NCBI GenBank assembly: GCA_011109175.1
Contig: RDEW01000013.1
Coordinates: 559,989-595,497, forward strand
Direction: 5' to 3'
Length of the DNA stretch: 35,509 nucleotides
From: Dicyema japonicum
Taxonomy: Eukaryota; Animalia; Dicyemida
In this document: positions 1 through 10,030 of the stretch, piece after piece
How positions within the stretch are numbered: position 1 is the first letter of the stretch
Layout of the letters: every line of letters starts with the position of its first letter
Notes under the pieces: model-generated
The model's database searches: none
Told to the model about the DNA's origin: nothing
The model's input: the letters and a program-made list of their open reading frames with translations, nothing else
Position numbers and translations under genes: made by a program

Positions 1-430
1 AATACGATTACTCTCGTTGAAATTGGGATCACGTCCCAAAACTGCCTCAAGCAAGTCGAGGTGGAAAAGTTCCATAAGTATGACTTATTGGCGAACGAAC
101 TCGGATGTATTCATCGCGCAAAGGTAAAAATAATCCCTGTAGTCATTACCTGGGATGGGATTGTTTCGAGATTCTTCAAGGGCCATCTGGATGCCCTCAA
201 ACTGGAGGAAAGGGTGAAAGCGTACATCCAAACGTTAGTATTGAGAAAGACGTTGGAGAGCATGCAAGCTGAAGATAGACATGGAGTATCGATACCTGAT
301 GAGGAGGAAGCTGATAAGGAATGTCGACCTAGGGGAGTCTCGGAATGTGGGTTGTGCGACAACGAAAACACACCTATACTGACAATTGACGTTGGCCCCA
401 AGAAGAGGAGATTAGCTAATTAATTAATTA
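1..430 (+). mobile_element. 3' end of RLE-type (R4/Dong-like) non-LTR retrotransposon, restriction-like endonuclease C-terminus
   Basis: Frame reads TITLVEIGITSQNCLKQVEVEKFHKYDLLANELG...IIPVVITWDG, the E-x-K half of the RLE; the stop runs into a TAATTAATTA tail. Paralogous to 485-1215. Confidence 0.85.
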
Positions 431-484
431 CTTGTGACTCGTTGTTTCGTTAAAATAAATATATAATTTTACTTATTTATTAAT

Positions 485-1215
485 AATGAAGTGGTAAAGT
501 GCATCCATCTTCATCTTTGTCGAATTTATGGAATCAAAAGAAGCTGGAAATTGAAAGGACATTCGGTTCAGTCAAAATTGACGAATCAAAATGTCGAAAT
601 TAGAGTTGACACGTCGATTTTGACAGAAACAAAAGTCCAATACAATAAACCTGATATTTTTTTGTATGACAAAACAAAGAAGGAAGTAACTTTAATTGAA
701 GTGGGGATTACCTCACAAGACCGACTAAAGCAAGTTGAAGTTGAGAAACTTCACAAATATGACTTGTTAGCAAATGAACTTTCGCTGCTCTATGAATGCC
801 AAGTGAAGATTATTCCAGTGGTTTTGACATGGGATGGAGTTGTCTCAAGATGCTTCAAAAATCATATGGATAAATTATCTATTGAAGAATCAACGAGGAC
901 TTACATCCAATCGGTTGTGCTGAAGAGAACGCTTGAAAGTATGCTCATTGAACATAAGCATGGGATGAAGGTATACGATGAAGAGTACGCCTCTGCTACC
1001 TCCCAACTTGTGGAACTGGCATGCCGTGAGGACAGCCCACTGGACTCTAACAGAGATATTTTGACTGAATCTGATTTGGAGATGTGGAGTAACAGGGAGG
1101 TTATGGCACACTCTTCTTCTAAGAATAGAAGAGGGATTACCAACAATCTGGATCAAAATACGCTTAATTAGTTAATTTATTCGTTATTATTATTTTATTT
1201 ATTTTATTTTTTATT
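485..1215 (+). mobile_element. 5'-truncated RLE-type non-LTR retrotransposon (complete RLE domain, 3' end)
   Basis: ORF 491-1171 has NEVVKCIH, KPDIFLYD and LIEVGIT...EKLHKYDLL (PD..D/E-x-K nuclease) and a TAATTAGTTAAT tail. Its C-terminus is nearly identical to the minus-strand copies at ~19.9, 20.5 and 28.5 kb. Confidence 0.9.
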
Positions 1216-1230
1216 AATAAAAACTTTATT

Positions 1231-1825
1231 AACTGGCGTTTTGCGGCATTACAAAGGCTGAAAAATCTTTGGCTAAAACGGAAAGGATATAACATAAAAC
1301 AAAGGATTATATTATACGACACTTTCATCAAACCAATTCTACTATACAACTCTGGGACTTGGGCCACCTCTAAAGAGGAATTGGAGAGGCTAGACTCATT
1401 TCACAGGAATCATCTAAGAAACATAACTGGAATGTCCTGGCCATCCAAGATCTCGCGGAATAGACTGTACAATAAGTGTGACTGTATACCATTAACCCAC
1501 GAGATCATTAGCTCTCGTTGGAGACTTTTTGGACACGTCCTGAGGTTGGACCCGATATCCCCTCCGAACATCGCAATGGAAGATTACTACTCCTCCAATG
1601 TAAAACGCTTTCGTGGAAGACCGATAACTACCCTCCCGGTCGTTCTACAAAACGATCTGAAAGCAGTGATGAAAACATTAGCATCTGATGACGATCTGGA
1701 CTCACTGAGGGACCTAGCAAAGAACAGAAGAGCTTGGAGCAACCTAACTAATTCTCTTATATTTTTTGCTGCACATGCGGGGCTATAAATATTATGGCTC
1801 TCGTGAAAGTGCTAATAATAATAAT
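1231..1825 (+). mobile_element. 5'-truncated RTE-like non-LTR retrotransposon 3' end
   Basis: Open frame ...YDTFIKPILLYNSGTW...LDSFHRNHLRNI...RWRLFGHVLRL...RGRP...AKNRRAW is typical of the RTE post-RT C-terminus. It ends in a (TAA)4 tail at 1813-1825. Confidence 0.8.
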
Positions 1826-1838
1826 GTGGCTTTAGTGT

Positions 1839-1923
1839 GGCGTTATGTGGTCCACCAATTCAAAAAATTCAAAAGGATTTGGCAACGCTCAGAGGGCTTC
1901 TAATACCCTCCCGAAAAGGACCA
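1839..1923 (+). ncRNA. Candidate HDV-like pseudoknot/ribozyme in the retrotransposon 5' end (copy 1)
   Basis: GGCGTT(1839-44)/AACGCT(1884-89), TGGTCC(1848-53)/GGACCA(1918-23), hairpin GAGGG/CCCTC and linker CCGAAAA. The order matches HDV P1, P2, P4 and J4/2, but P3/L3/P1.1 are non-canonical. Confidence 0.4.
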
Positions 1924-2220
1924 TTAGACCCCTTCCCCCCGGGGTCATTATCGACCCTCCGGCGATGTGTTTCAAGAAAGTCCAAACATTCCCGGCGAAA
2001 ACCCTCAGCCCACTGTGGAGAAAAGAAATTTACTGCTCTCCAATTAAACATCAACGGAATTAAAGGAAAGGTCAGGGAACTCCGTTCAATCCTGGCAAAT
2101 CAGAAGATCGACGTGGCCATGATTCAAGAAACTAAACTCCGCATGCATGATTCCACTCCTTCATTCCCTGGATACGAGGCAATCAGAATGGACCGTAAAA
2201 AGAGAAGAGGGGGTGGACTA

Positions 2221-2554
2221 ATAATTAATTAATAAAGCCTTTTCACGAGAGCCATAGTATTTTATAGCTCCGCATAGGCAGGACACACACTTTATTTAAG
2301 TAAAGAACAGTTAATTTTAACTAATCGTAGAACCAAGGAATGATCTTCACTTCTTTTTTTTTCTTTTTCTTGTGTGAGTGTCCTTTCTAGACAAATCCAG
2401 TTCCGCAGTGAGTATTCACTGATGACGGCGTCACTCGTCAAACCATTTCTGCATCGTAGATGCGTGGAACCTTCCACCAGGTGAACAGCAGCGAGATTCG
2501 AACCCGTAGCCTAAGCCACTTAAGCCCGACACCTAACCACTAAGCCACCCGGCT
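2221..2554 (-). mobile_element. tRNA-derived SINE, 334 bp, full length with 13-bp TSD
   Basis: Minus strand begins AGCCGGGTGGCTTAGTGG (A box) and contains GGTTCGAATC (B box), with an AT-rich tail. TSD AGGGGGTGGACTA lies at 2208-2220 and 2555-2567. Removing the insert restores the APE frame (RRGGGL-LTLFKKN). Confidence 0.9.
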
Positions 2555-5010
2555 AGGGGGTGGACTACTTACTCTATTCAAAAAGAACCTGAAATGCAGA
2601 GACATTACTTCGGAAGTGAGGAAACTTGTTGGAAATGACGAGGTTACTGAGGCAATTAGAATCTCGCTTGGGACAACGAAAGGAAGTATGTGCCTCGTGA
2701 ATATCTACTTGCCTCCTTCCGGCTCCTGCCCAAAGGATTATGTTATTCCAAACCTATCAAGATTTGCTACCTACGATGAGATAATCATATGTGGAGATTT
2801 AAACGCATTCACCCATTATGGTTGTCAACCCAACAGGCCGACACGAGAGGGAAGTTATTGTTATTGAAATCGGACTCCCTAACGATACTGAGCGATCCAG
2901 CGAAAAATACAATGACCCCACTAAGAGAGACGGATCAGCTTACCTCACCGGATGTAACACTCTGCTCATCGTCGCATTTATCAAAAATTGATTGGTCAGT
3001 CCTCTACGAAACAAGAAGCGACCATAATCCAATTGTGATGAAGGTCATTAGAGAAGTCAGAGTGAGAAGAAAAACTGCTAGTTATAACTACAAAGCTGCT
3101 AATTGGGAATTGTATCGCGCAATCTCTGATTATAGACTGAAGAATTGTTACTTGGTCAGCTTCAAATCGCTGGAAAAAGCGATCAAATACTTTACTTGCA
3201 CAATCCTAGAATCAAGATCATTGGCTATTCCCAAGCATCGTCTAAATTCCTCTAATGGTCGAGGGAAGTCGGCATTTATTAAAGAAAGAAATCACCGCAA
3301 ATAATCTAATTGGATCACATTAAAAACGAAACTCCGGATCAGAGCTCTAAACAACGAAGTAAAGGCCAGAGAGTTCAAGGCCCAGAAATTGAAGTGGAAT
3401 CGGATTCTTACAAAGGTAAATCGCAACCGTAGTACCGGAGAAGTGTGGAAAGCCATCCGAAATGTTCAAAGGAAGAAGAAACTTCCCCCAGGATGACTAT
3501 ACTCAACGAGACGTTAACAATTTGATAAAATTCTATACAAAAATTTCGTACAAGGAACACAGGAAGTCGGAAGTGTTTCTCTCTTCATGGAGAAAACTGA
3601 AGAAGGATTCCAACCCAGTTTACTTCTCGGATGAAGACGTGAAGAATGCGCTGCGTTTTACAAGAACAACGTACTCTGCCGGTCCCGACAACATTCCAGT
3701 AGTGTTATTGAAAAACCTTGGAGATATTGGAGTAGGTTTTCTAAGGTCGGTGTATAACTATTCAATTAATTGTAGTGTAATACCGTTGTTATGGAAGCAA
3801 GTCAACATCCGACCTATATTGAAACCTGGAAAACCTAAGGAAGATCCGGCATCATTTAGACCTGTGTCATTATTATGTTCCATATCGAAAATCCTGGAAA
3901 GGCTTGTGGTTGGGAGAATCAAGGCTTTCTTACCAGAAAATGATTTCCAACACGGATTCAAAAGCGATTGTTTTACATCAACGTACTTACAGAAATTAAC
4001 CAACTTCATTAGAAATGGTTTTTCAAACAAACCAAGGCATTCGAAGACAGTCTTATGTTCCATTGATATTAACAAGGCTTTTGATTCTATTTCGAGAAAA
4101 ATATTATAAAAGAAAATTTTCCAGTCCGAGATCCTGGGGAAGCTTAAACTTTGGATATCAAATTTCTTAAGTGGACGAAGGGGAAGTGTATGCCTCGGAG
4201 GACTGAAATCAGTCTCACGTCTTCTCCCAAACGGTGTTCCCCAAGGATCTCCTTTATCCCACGCCTTATTCAATTTATACCTGGCAGACCTCCCGACACC
4301 GGAATCAAATAACGATGTTCTACTCACATATGCGGACGACATTGTTTTGGCTACGCGTGATCGGGATATCCAAAATGCTACAGAAAAATTACAAATTAAC
4401 CTGGACCGACTCAACGCATGGGTAATGAAAAACCGACTCACGATAAATTCCAGAAAGTCGGTCACGTCTATGTTTACTTCGGACAAAAGGTTGGGGAAGA
4501 TGACTGTCAAGTTAAAATTGGACAACATTGAAATCACCTTCACCAAATGTCAGAAGATCCTGGGCGTGACACTGGATACACACTTATGTTTGTCACCACA
4601 CGTGGCAAACATTGTTCTGAAGTGCGAGAAGAGGATCAATGTATTAAAATGTTTATCTGGAATATGGAAGACAGGTACCCACCCGGTCTTGATGAACATT
4701 TACAAGCAATACATCGAACCATGCTTCTCGTACGCGTGTGCTTCGTGGGGACCTTCATTATCATGGACGAACACTAAGAAAATTGAGGACGTTCAAAAGA
4801 AGGCTTTCAGAATGATGGAGCGGTGGTCTTGTGGGAGACACAGAACCGGACCGACTAGGGAGGAGCACCGGGAAAGAATGATGATTTTGACGGAGCGCAT
4901 CGGGATCACGTGATAGTTAGTTTTGGTTTTACCGTGGTCTTGGGTGTTAAATAAATAAATAAAATTAAAATAATTTTACAATGTGGCGAACCTATTATTT
5001 TCATTACATT

Positions 5011-5082
5011 GGCCTTCTAGCTGAACGTAATCTCTGATAACATTGGATCTGAAGGTCATGTGTTCAAATCCCAAAGATGGAG
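5011..5082 (+). pseudogene. Degenerate tRNA-like sequence or SINE head
   Basis: TAGCTGAACG (A-box-like) and GTTCAAATCC (B-box-like) at tRNA spacing, followed by TTTTT. The stems pair poorly. Confidence 0.35.
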
Positions 5083-5218
5083 TTTTTATCGAAAGTCAAT
5101 TCTTGTCAAACAGATCCCACCCGTGAGGCGATGAGTTCTTCTGGCACGACACAGTTGTTAAAAGGGATCTTGAAAACTATTCCGCTAAAAAATGAAGTGA
5201 TGTTCGCGACGGTAGGAC

Positions 5219-6690
5219 GTGGGACAAAAAATGAAAGAGGGGGGACTTAGTTCTCCATTTCTCTTCTTCGAAGGTCCATCAATCCTAGCCCTCAAACCTA
5301 AAAAAGCCACCTCTCCGATTGTCCTCTCTGTGGAGAACGTACAGAATATGGTCAAAGGTCAAAAGTCGACTTATTCCTGTGGTCCGGACGGAATTCCTGC
5401 AATAGCTCTGAATAACATAGGCCCCTATGCTATCATGGCCCTCACAAAAATTTTCAACTTTTCAATCAACGAAAATTGTATTCCTTCCATATGGAAGCTA
5501 TCAAACATACGACCAATCCTGAAACCCGGGCGACCAAAGAAATCACCAGCCTCATACAGACCAATATCTCTCCTATGTGTTACATCAAAACTTTTGGAAA
5601 AGCTGATTCTTGAACTAATCAAACCATACCTTCCTGATGCACCTTTTCAACACGGATTCAGAAAAGGACACTCCACAGAAACGCATCTTACATGCCTTAC
5701 AAATTTCATCAAGGATGGACTAAAGCGCAAACCTCATCAGAAGTCTTTGTTATGCTCCATCGATATAGAAAAGGCTTTTGATACTGTCCCAAGAAAGCTT
5801 TTGACAAGGAAGATCTTTACGTCAAAAATTCCAAACAACCTGAAAATCTGGATCGCAAATTTCCTAAATGGAAGAAGAGGAAGAGTAACTGCTGGAAAAA
5901 CTAGATCAGTGACCAAGTTCCTTCCAAATAGAGTCCCTCAAGGATCTCCACTTTCACCACACCTATTCAACCTATTCTTGAATGATATGCCCTCCCTTAC
6001 CAGTGACGATACTCTTGTTTTGACATATGCGGATGATATAATCGTCTCAGTCAAAGACCAGTGCGTTAATACTGCTGTACACTGGCTACAAGCTTCATTA
6101 GACGATCTGAACTGTTGGTTCGTCAAGAACATTCTACATACAAGTCCTGAAAAGTCTTATACAACAATTTTCACAACAAACAGAAGATTGACAAACTCCG
6201 CTCCATGTGTAACCATAAATGGAAACTCAATCTCCACGACCAACTTGGTCAAGATACTGGGCGTAACTTACGACCCACTCTTGACCTTCAGCAAACACAT
6301 CGACAACGTCATCTCTTCGGCACAACGAAAGCTAAATTTTGTTAAAACACTCCTTGGACAATATAATGGGTGATTCAACTCAAATTTAGATTTGCTCTAC
6401 GTGCAGTATATCAACCGCTGCATGGGGAACCGACCTATCAAACAGGAATATAGAAAAAAAATCAATACCTTCCAAAAAACGGCCAGTATGTCTTTGCAAA
6501 GGTTTTCTTGGACACCTCTAAACCCTACACCCTTTGAAGAATTAGTGAGAAAAACCGGAGCCTTACTACCCTCCAAAAAAGTTAGAAACCCACGCCAAAT
6601 TCGGAAATGCGTTGGAACCGGGAAGAATATCGAGCAAGAATGAGATGGCTACTCGAGGCGGCCGGAATCACCTGACGGCTATGTAGTTAA
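5219..6690 (+). mobile_element. 5'-truncated Ingi/Vingi-like non-LTR retrotransposon with a largely intact RT ORF (5219-6373)
   Basis: 384-aa ORF with GPDGIP, YRPISLL, QHGFR, DIEKAFD, VPQGSPLSP, YADD and KILGV. The frameshifted C-terminus ends ...EAAGIT* (6675) before a TAGTTAATTAAT tail. Confidence 0.9.
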
Positions 6691-6799
6691 TTAATTTGTC
6701 GGTAATTTTTGGTTTTTAATAATAATAATTTCTCTTCTGAAGCGGAAGTTTGTACTGAAGTATTGGAAGATGGATTTCATGCGTTTTCCACTTTCTTGT

Positions 6800-7983
6800 G
6801 GTTGGCTGTTTGTGTTTATTTTGCAAAAGATTCACCAGAAAAGTCACTGTGGATATAACGCTCTGGACGCTCTTTGTCGTAGGAGATTTTGCGCTATCAA
6901 AAGAACTGTTCGTCAAGTTGTAAAAGACTACAATGTTTGCAACTTTGCAGTGCCTTTCAAGCAGTCCCTCTATCGAAAATGATGGTTTCGGATGACAAGA
7001 GTTGATAAGGCACATTCGAAAGGCTGTGTTTTTATACAATCAAACGCCTCACTCATCCATAGGTAAATTTGTGCTTTTATTTTTTTGTAGGTGTTAGTCC
7101 GTTTCTGAGATTCCGGGCCATTGTGAAAAATGTGAAGACAACCTGGAAAGTGTGGATAATATTGCTGAATTAACAGAGCCAGACGGTAAAGACAGCCCCG
7201 AACATATAGTAAAGGTTTTTGTCTATAATTATACAAAAGGTGATTACAAATTTGATTTTCCTCGTGTAGACTTGAATTATAAAAGGATGAATAAAAAGAA
7301 GGGAGTGCATCGATGGAAATATGAATTTAACATTAGAGATAGTGTATTCAATTTATAATTACTTAAAAGGTTTGTATTCAGAAGGACTATGGAACTGATC
7401 CTTCACTACGTCTGCAAAGATTTGAGCATCCCTAAGGAGATGCTGTCACTATTGTTGCTAAATTGTCTAACAATTTTGTCAATGTTAAAGATAGTGAGGG
7501 AATTGTTAAGAAGGTGCATTCTAAACGCCTTAAAAATATAATTATAATTTTTGCTTTGAAATAATTGATTATTAAAAGCGGGAAAAAAAGTCAAACGGAA
7601 AAAAGGTCAAATTTTAATTTGGAAACAAAAATAAAATCATCATTTCTGGTTATTTTCAATTAAACTTAAAATAAGATTTTAAAGACTTTATTTTTTTTAC
7701 AAAAAAATTCAATAAAAATTTGCATTTGACTTTTTTTCCGTTTTTCCCATTTTTCTTATGCTAATTTTACGAAAAATGGAAAAAAGGTCAAAAATTATAA
7801 GCCATGTTTATATTTTTTGGAAAAATGTCAATTTTTTTAATTTCACCCAAAACTTCAAAAAAAGACTTTTGGTTTAACCACGATATAACATCAAAATTAA
7901 ACCCCATGATGCGGTTTTAACCACAATTTTACCCCCAAAAAACTAAAACCTATTTTTTAATTTAGATTAGTTTGACTATGACA
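6800..7983 (+). mobile_element. Decayed Ginger/TDD-like integrase DNA transposon (copy 1) with micro-introns at 7063-7090 and 7344-7369
   Basis: HHCC-like HQKSHCG...VVKDYNVC; AVFLYNQTPHSSIG|VSPF after removing a 28-nt GT-AG intron; RDS|VCIQKDYGTDPSLRL...KRLK after removing a 26-nt intron. The catalytic core is deleted. Repeated GGAAAAAA(A/G)GTCAAA motifs at 7580-7830 precede a possible ...GACA terminus at 7983. Confidence 0.75.
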
Positions 7984-8104
7984 AAGGTCCCCTTGATGCG
8001 ATTTTTTTAGATTCCAAGCGATTCCTTCTAGAGTTTGTTCCACAGTTCTATTTCCGTCTGCTCGATCAACACATATTTTGCACAGTCTAATTTGGCGTTC
8101 AGTA

Positions 8105-8302
8105 CTTTTTTTATTTTTTCGTTTTTTTTGTTTTTATTTCAACTATATATTTATCTATTGTTAGTCAGTATTTCCTTTTTTTGGAATAGCATATATTACT
8201 GTGATTACAGTATCATTTAATGGAATTCTAATAGTATATATTTGTTTAAAAATAGTTGGTGACATTGAAAATGTTCCGTCCATATATAATATGTCCGACA
8301 TA
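8105..8302 (-). pseudogene. MULE (Mutator-like) transposase remnant
   Basis: Minus strand reads MSDILYMDGTFSMSPTIFKQIYTI, matching the MULE first-Asp motif DGTF..P..F.Q.YTI. Homologous to the remnants at 23.5 and 31.3 kb. Confidence 0.65.
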
Positions 8303-8476
8303 GCCAGAAGTTTCAAATTCTTTACAGTTCCAAAAATTCAAATCGAGTCAACCGTATATTAATTTTTTGAGGTTTTCAGGGATATCTGATTGGTAGATTT
8401 TCCATGTTAGGTTCTTCCTCGGCACAGAGTCGATAGTAATTACAATTGAATTTCTTTTATTCGTTATCCAAGAACA

Positions 8477-8648
8477 GAGCCCTGAGATGCCATATGGGGA
8501 GAGGGTTCAATTAGACAAGGCGCTCTTGGAGTTGTTTCAGCAACCAGAATCGAACCTGCCTGAGGAGGCTGGCGAACAGGCAGACGAGGAAGGTTGTTGA
8601 TTGATAAATATATTAATTTTTTTATTGTTTGTTAAATAAAGTGGGGTG
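8477..8648 (+). mobile_element. 172-bp insert flanked by 17-bp direct repeats (probably a heavily 5'-truncated retroposon)
   Basis: TTCGTTATCCAAGAACA occurs at 8460-8476 and 8649-8665. The insert has a GC-richer body followed by an AT-rich end. Confidence 0.5.
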
Positions 8649-8760
8649 TTCGTTATCCAAGAACACCAATAGTTAATTTAATTATTAAATTAATTAAAAT
8701 CAATAAATTCATTCATCATTAATTAAGTTCACTAATTCAAATATTCACTAAATTTATCTC

Positions 8761-9230
8761 GTGGACATTGGAAGACCTCTTTGGTTAAAGAAAGAAATTT
8801 TCTTATAATCTAATCGGATTACAGCAGAAAAGAAACTCCGGCTTAAAGCGCTAAACAACTAAATGAAGGCAAAAGAACTAAAATCCCAGAGAGCCAAGTG
8901 GAACCGAGTACTTACGAAACTGGATCGAAATAGTTTCACCGGAGCAGTATGGAAAGCAATTCGGAATGTAGTAAAAGGTGATGAGGTTTCAGACTACACT
9001 CAGAGAGATGTCAATAGGATTATAAAATTTTACTTCAAGATATCATTCAAAGATTACAAAAAGTCGGATGGGCCACCATTATCACGAAGGAAGCTGAAAA
9101 GGATGTCAGACACTATCTACTTCTCGGAGAAGGAAGTGAGGAAATCATTACTTTTCTCCAGAACAACATATTCCCACGGCCCGGATAACATCCCGATGAT
9201 CCTGTTAAAGAAAATTGGTGTACCCTTATC
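8761..9230 (+). mobile_element. Ingi/Vingi-like fragment (EN-RT linker and RT start)
   Basis: ORF 8863-9234 (KWNRVLTK...GAVWKAIRNV...TQRDVN...SRTTYSHGPDNIP) aligns with 3360-3720 of the first element. Confidence 0.8.
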
Positions 9231-9234
9231 ATAA

Positions 9235-9415
9235 GACACTTTGTGCCTGTGTATTGTCTAGAGTTGCACTTCTTGAACAGGGTGACAAATTTTCTAGTTT
9301 CCAGAGATTACTAATAGTTAAGGACTGAATGTCGTGGATTTTTTGTTTATTCGTCCAGGACAGATTGATTCCCCATGACTCACAGGCATAGCTGACAGAT
9401 TCCTGATTGGATATG
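9235..9415 (-). mobile_element. Inverted fragment of the Ingi/Vingi-like post-RT region
   Basis: SYACESWGINLSWTNKQKIHDIQ on the minus strand matches SYACASWGPSLSWTNTKKIEDVQ at ~4730-4795. Confidence 0.7.
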
Positions 9416-9420
9416 CATTG

Positions 9421-10030
9421 GGACAACTTATTTGATCCCAAATTTGGACAACCCCGAGTCTGCCATAGATTATCGTCCGATAACCTGCATGCCAACTCTG
9501 TATAGGCTGATGACAAATTGGGTTATGAGCTTGGTAGAGGCCAATTGAATTCTCTCTGAGAATCAGTTGGGCACTGTGAAATTGTCAGGGGGTGATCAAC
9601 AAGTGCCTTTCTATGTCTCATGGAGTACTCAGAGAAAACCATGTCCATGTGCTAACAGTCAATAAGAAGAGACTATATACATCCCCGTGATAAATTCGGC
9701 CGTGGACTGTGTGGAGTAGTCCAACAAAGTAAACATATCCTTATGCGAATGCACGATACCCTGATAGCTGAGTCAAGTGTGTCTTCTAGGAAGCAACAAC
9801 GATCGAGAAAACACGGTTGATTCACTTAATCACTATCAGACCTTTTTGACTGGTAAGTATGGTGATGATGGGCTAGTAAATGTGAAGGCGTTGATCAAAA
9901 TGCAAAATAATAATTTGATTGAAAGGATCAACTTAAAAAGTCTTCATAACGTTCTCTTCAGAAGCTCCAGGCTTATCTACAGTCCACTTTTTTAAGGCGG
10001 ACCTTAGAAAGTCTGACACAGGAGTATAGG
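9421..10030 (+). mobile_element. Decayed RLE-type retrotransposon RT and post-RT fragments
   Basis: GTTYLIP...DYRPITCMPTLYRL...ENQLG (9421-9580) and KKRLY..P...FGRGL...KSLHNVLF (9660-9970), with internal deletions. Confidence 0.75.

Larger units (their letters stand above)
1826..4930 (+). mobile_element. Near full-length APE-RT non-LTR retrotransposon, Ingi/Vingi-like, pseudogenised, interrupted by a SINE
   Basis: APE motifs QLNING, IQET, NIYLPP, GDLNA, SPDVT and SDHNPI; RT motifs SAGPDNIP, FRPVSLL, DINKAFD, GVPQGSPLSP, YADD (4329-4340) and KILGV. Several frameshifts and stops; no RNase H seen. Confidence 0.85.

Noticed and set aside
2221-2554. Functional tRNA gene at 2480-2554
   Set aside because: The acceptor and anticodon stems do not pair properly, and the sequence is part of a TSD-flanked unit with a LINE-derived tail, so it is a SINE head.
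4982-5152. TGTGGCG...GACACA as a solo Gypsy LTR
   Set aside because: No matching TSD, no PBS or PPT, and the terminal inverted match is weak.
5219-6373. RT ORF as a group II intron, retron or DGR reverse transcriptase
   Set aside because: The motifs (GPDGIP, YRPISLL, PQGSPLSP, YADD) and the paralogs with an APE domain and short 3' tails identify non-LTR retrotransposon RT. No template/variable repeat pair or msr-msd was seen.
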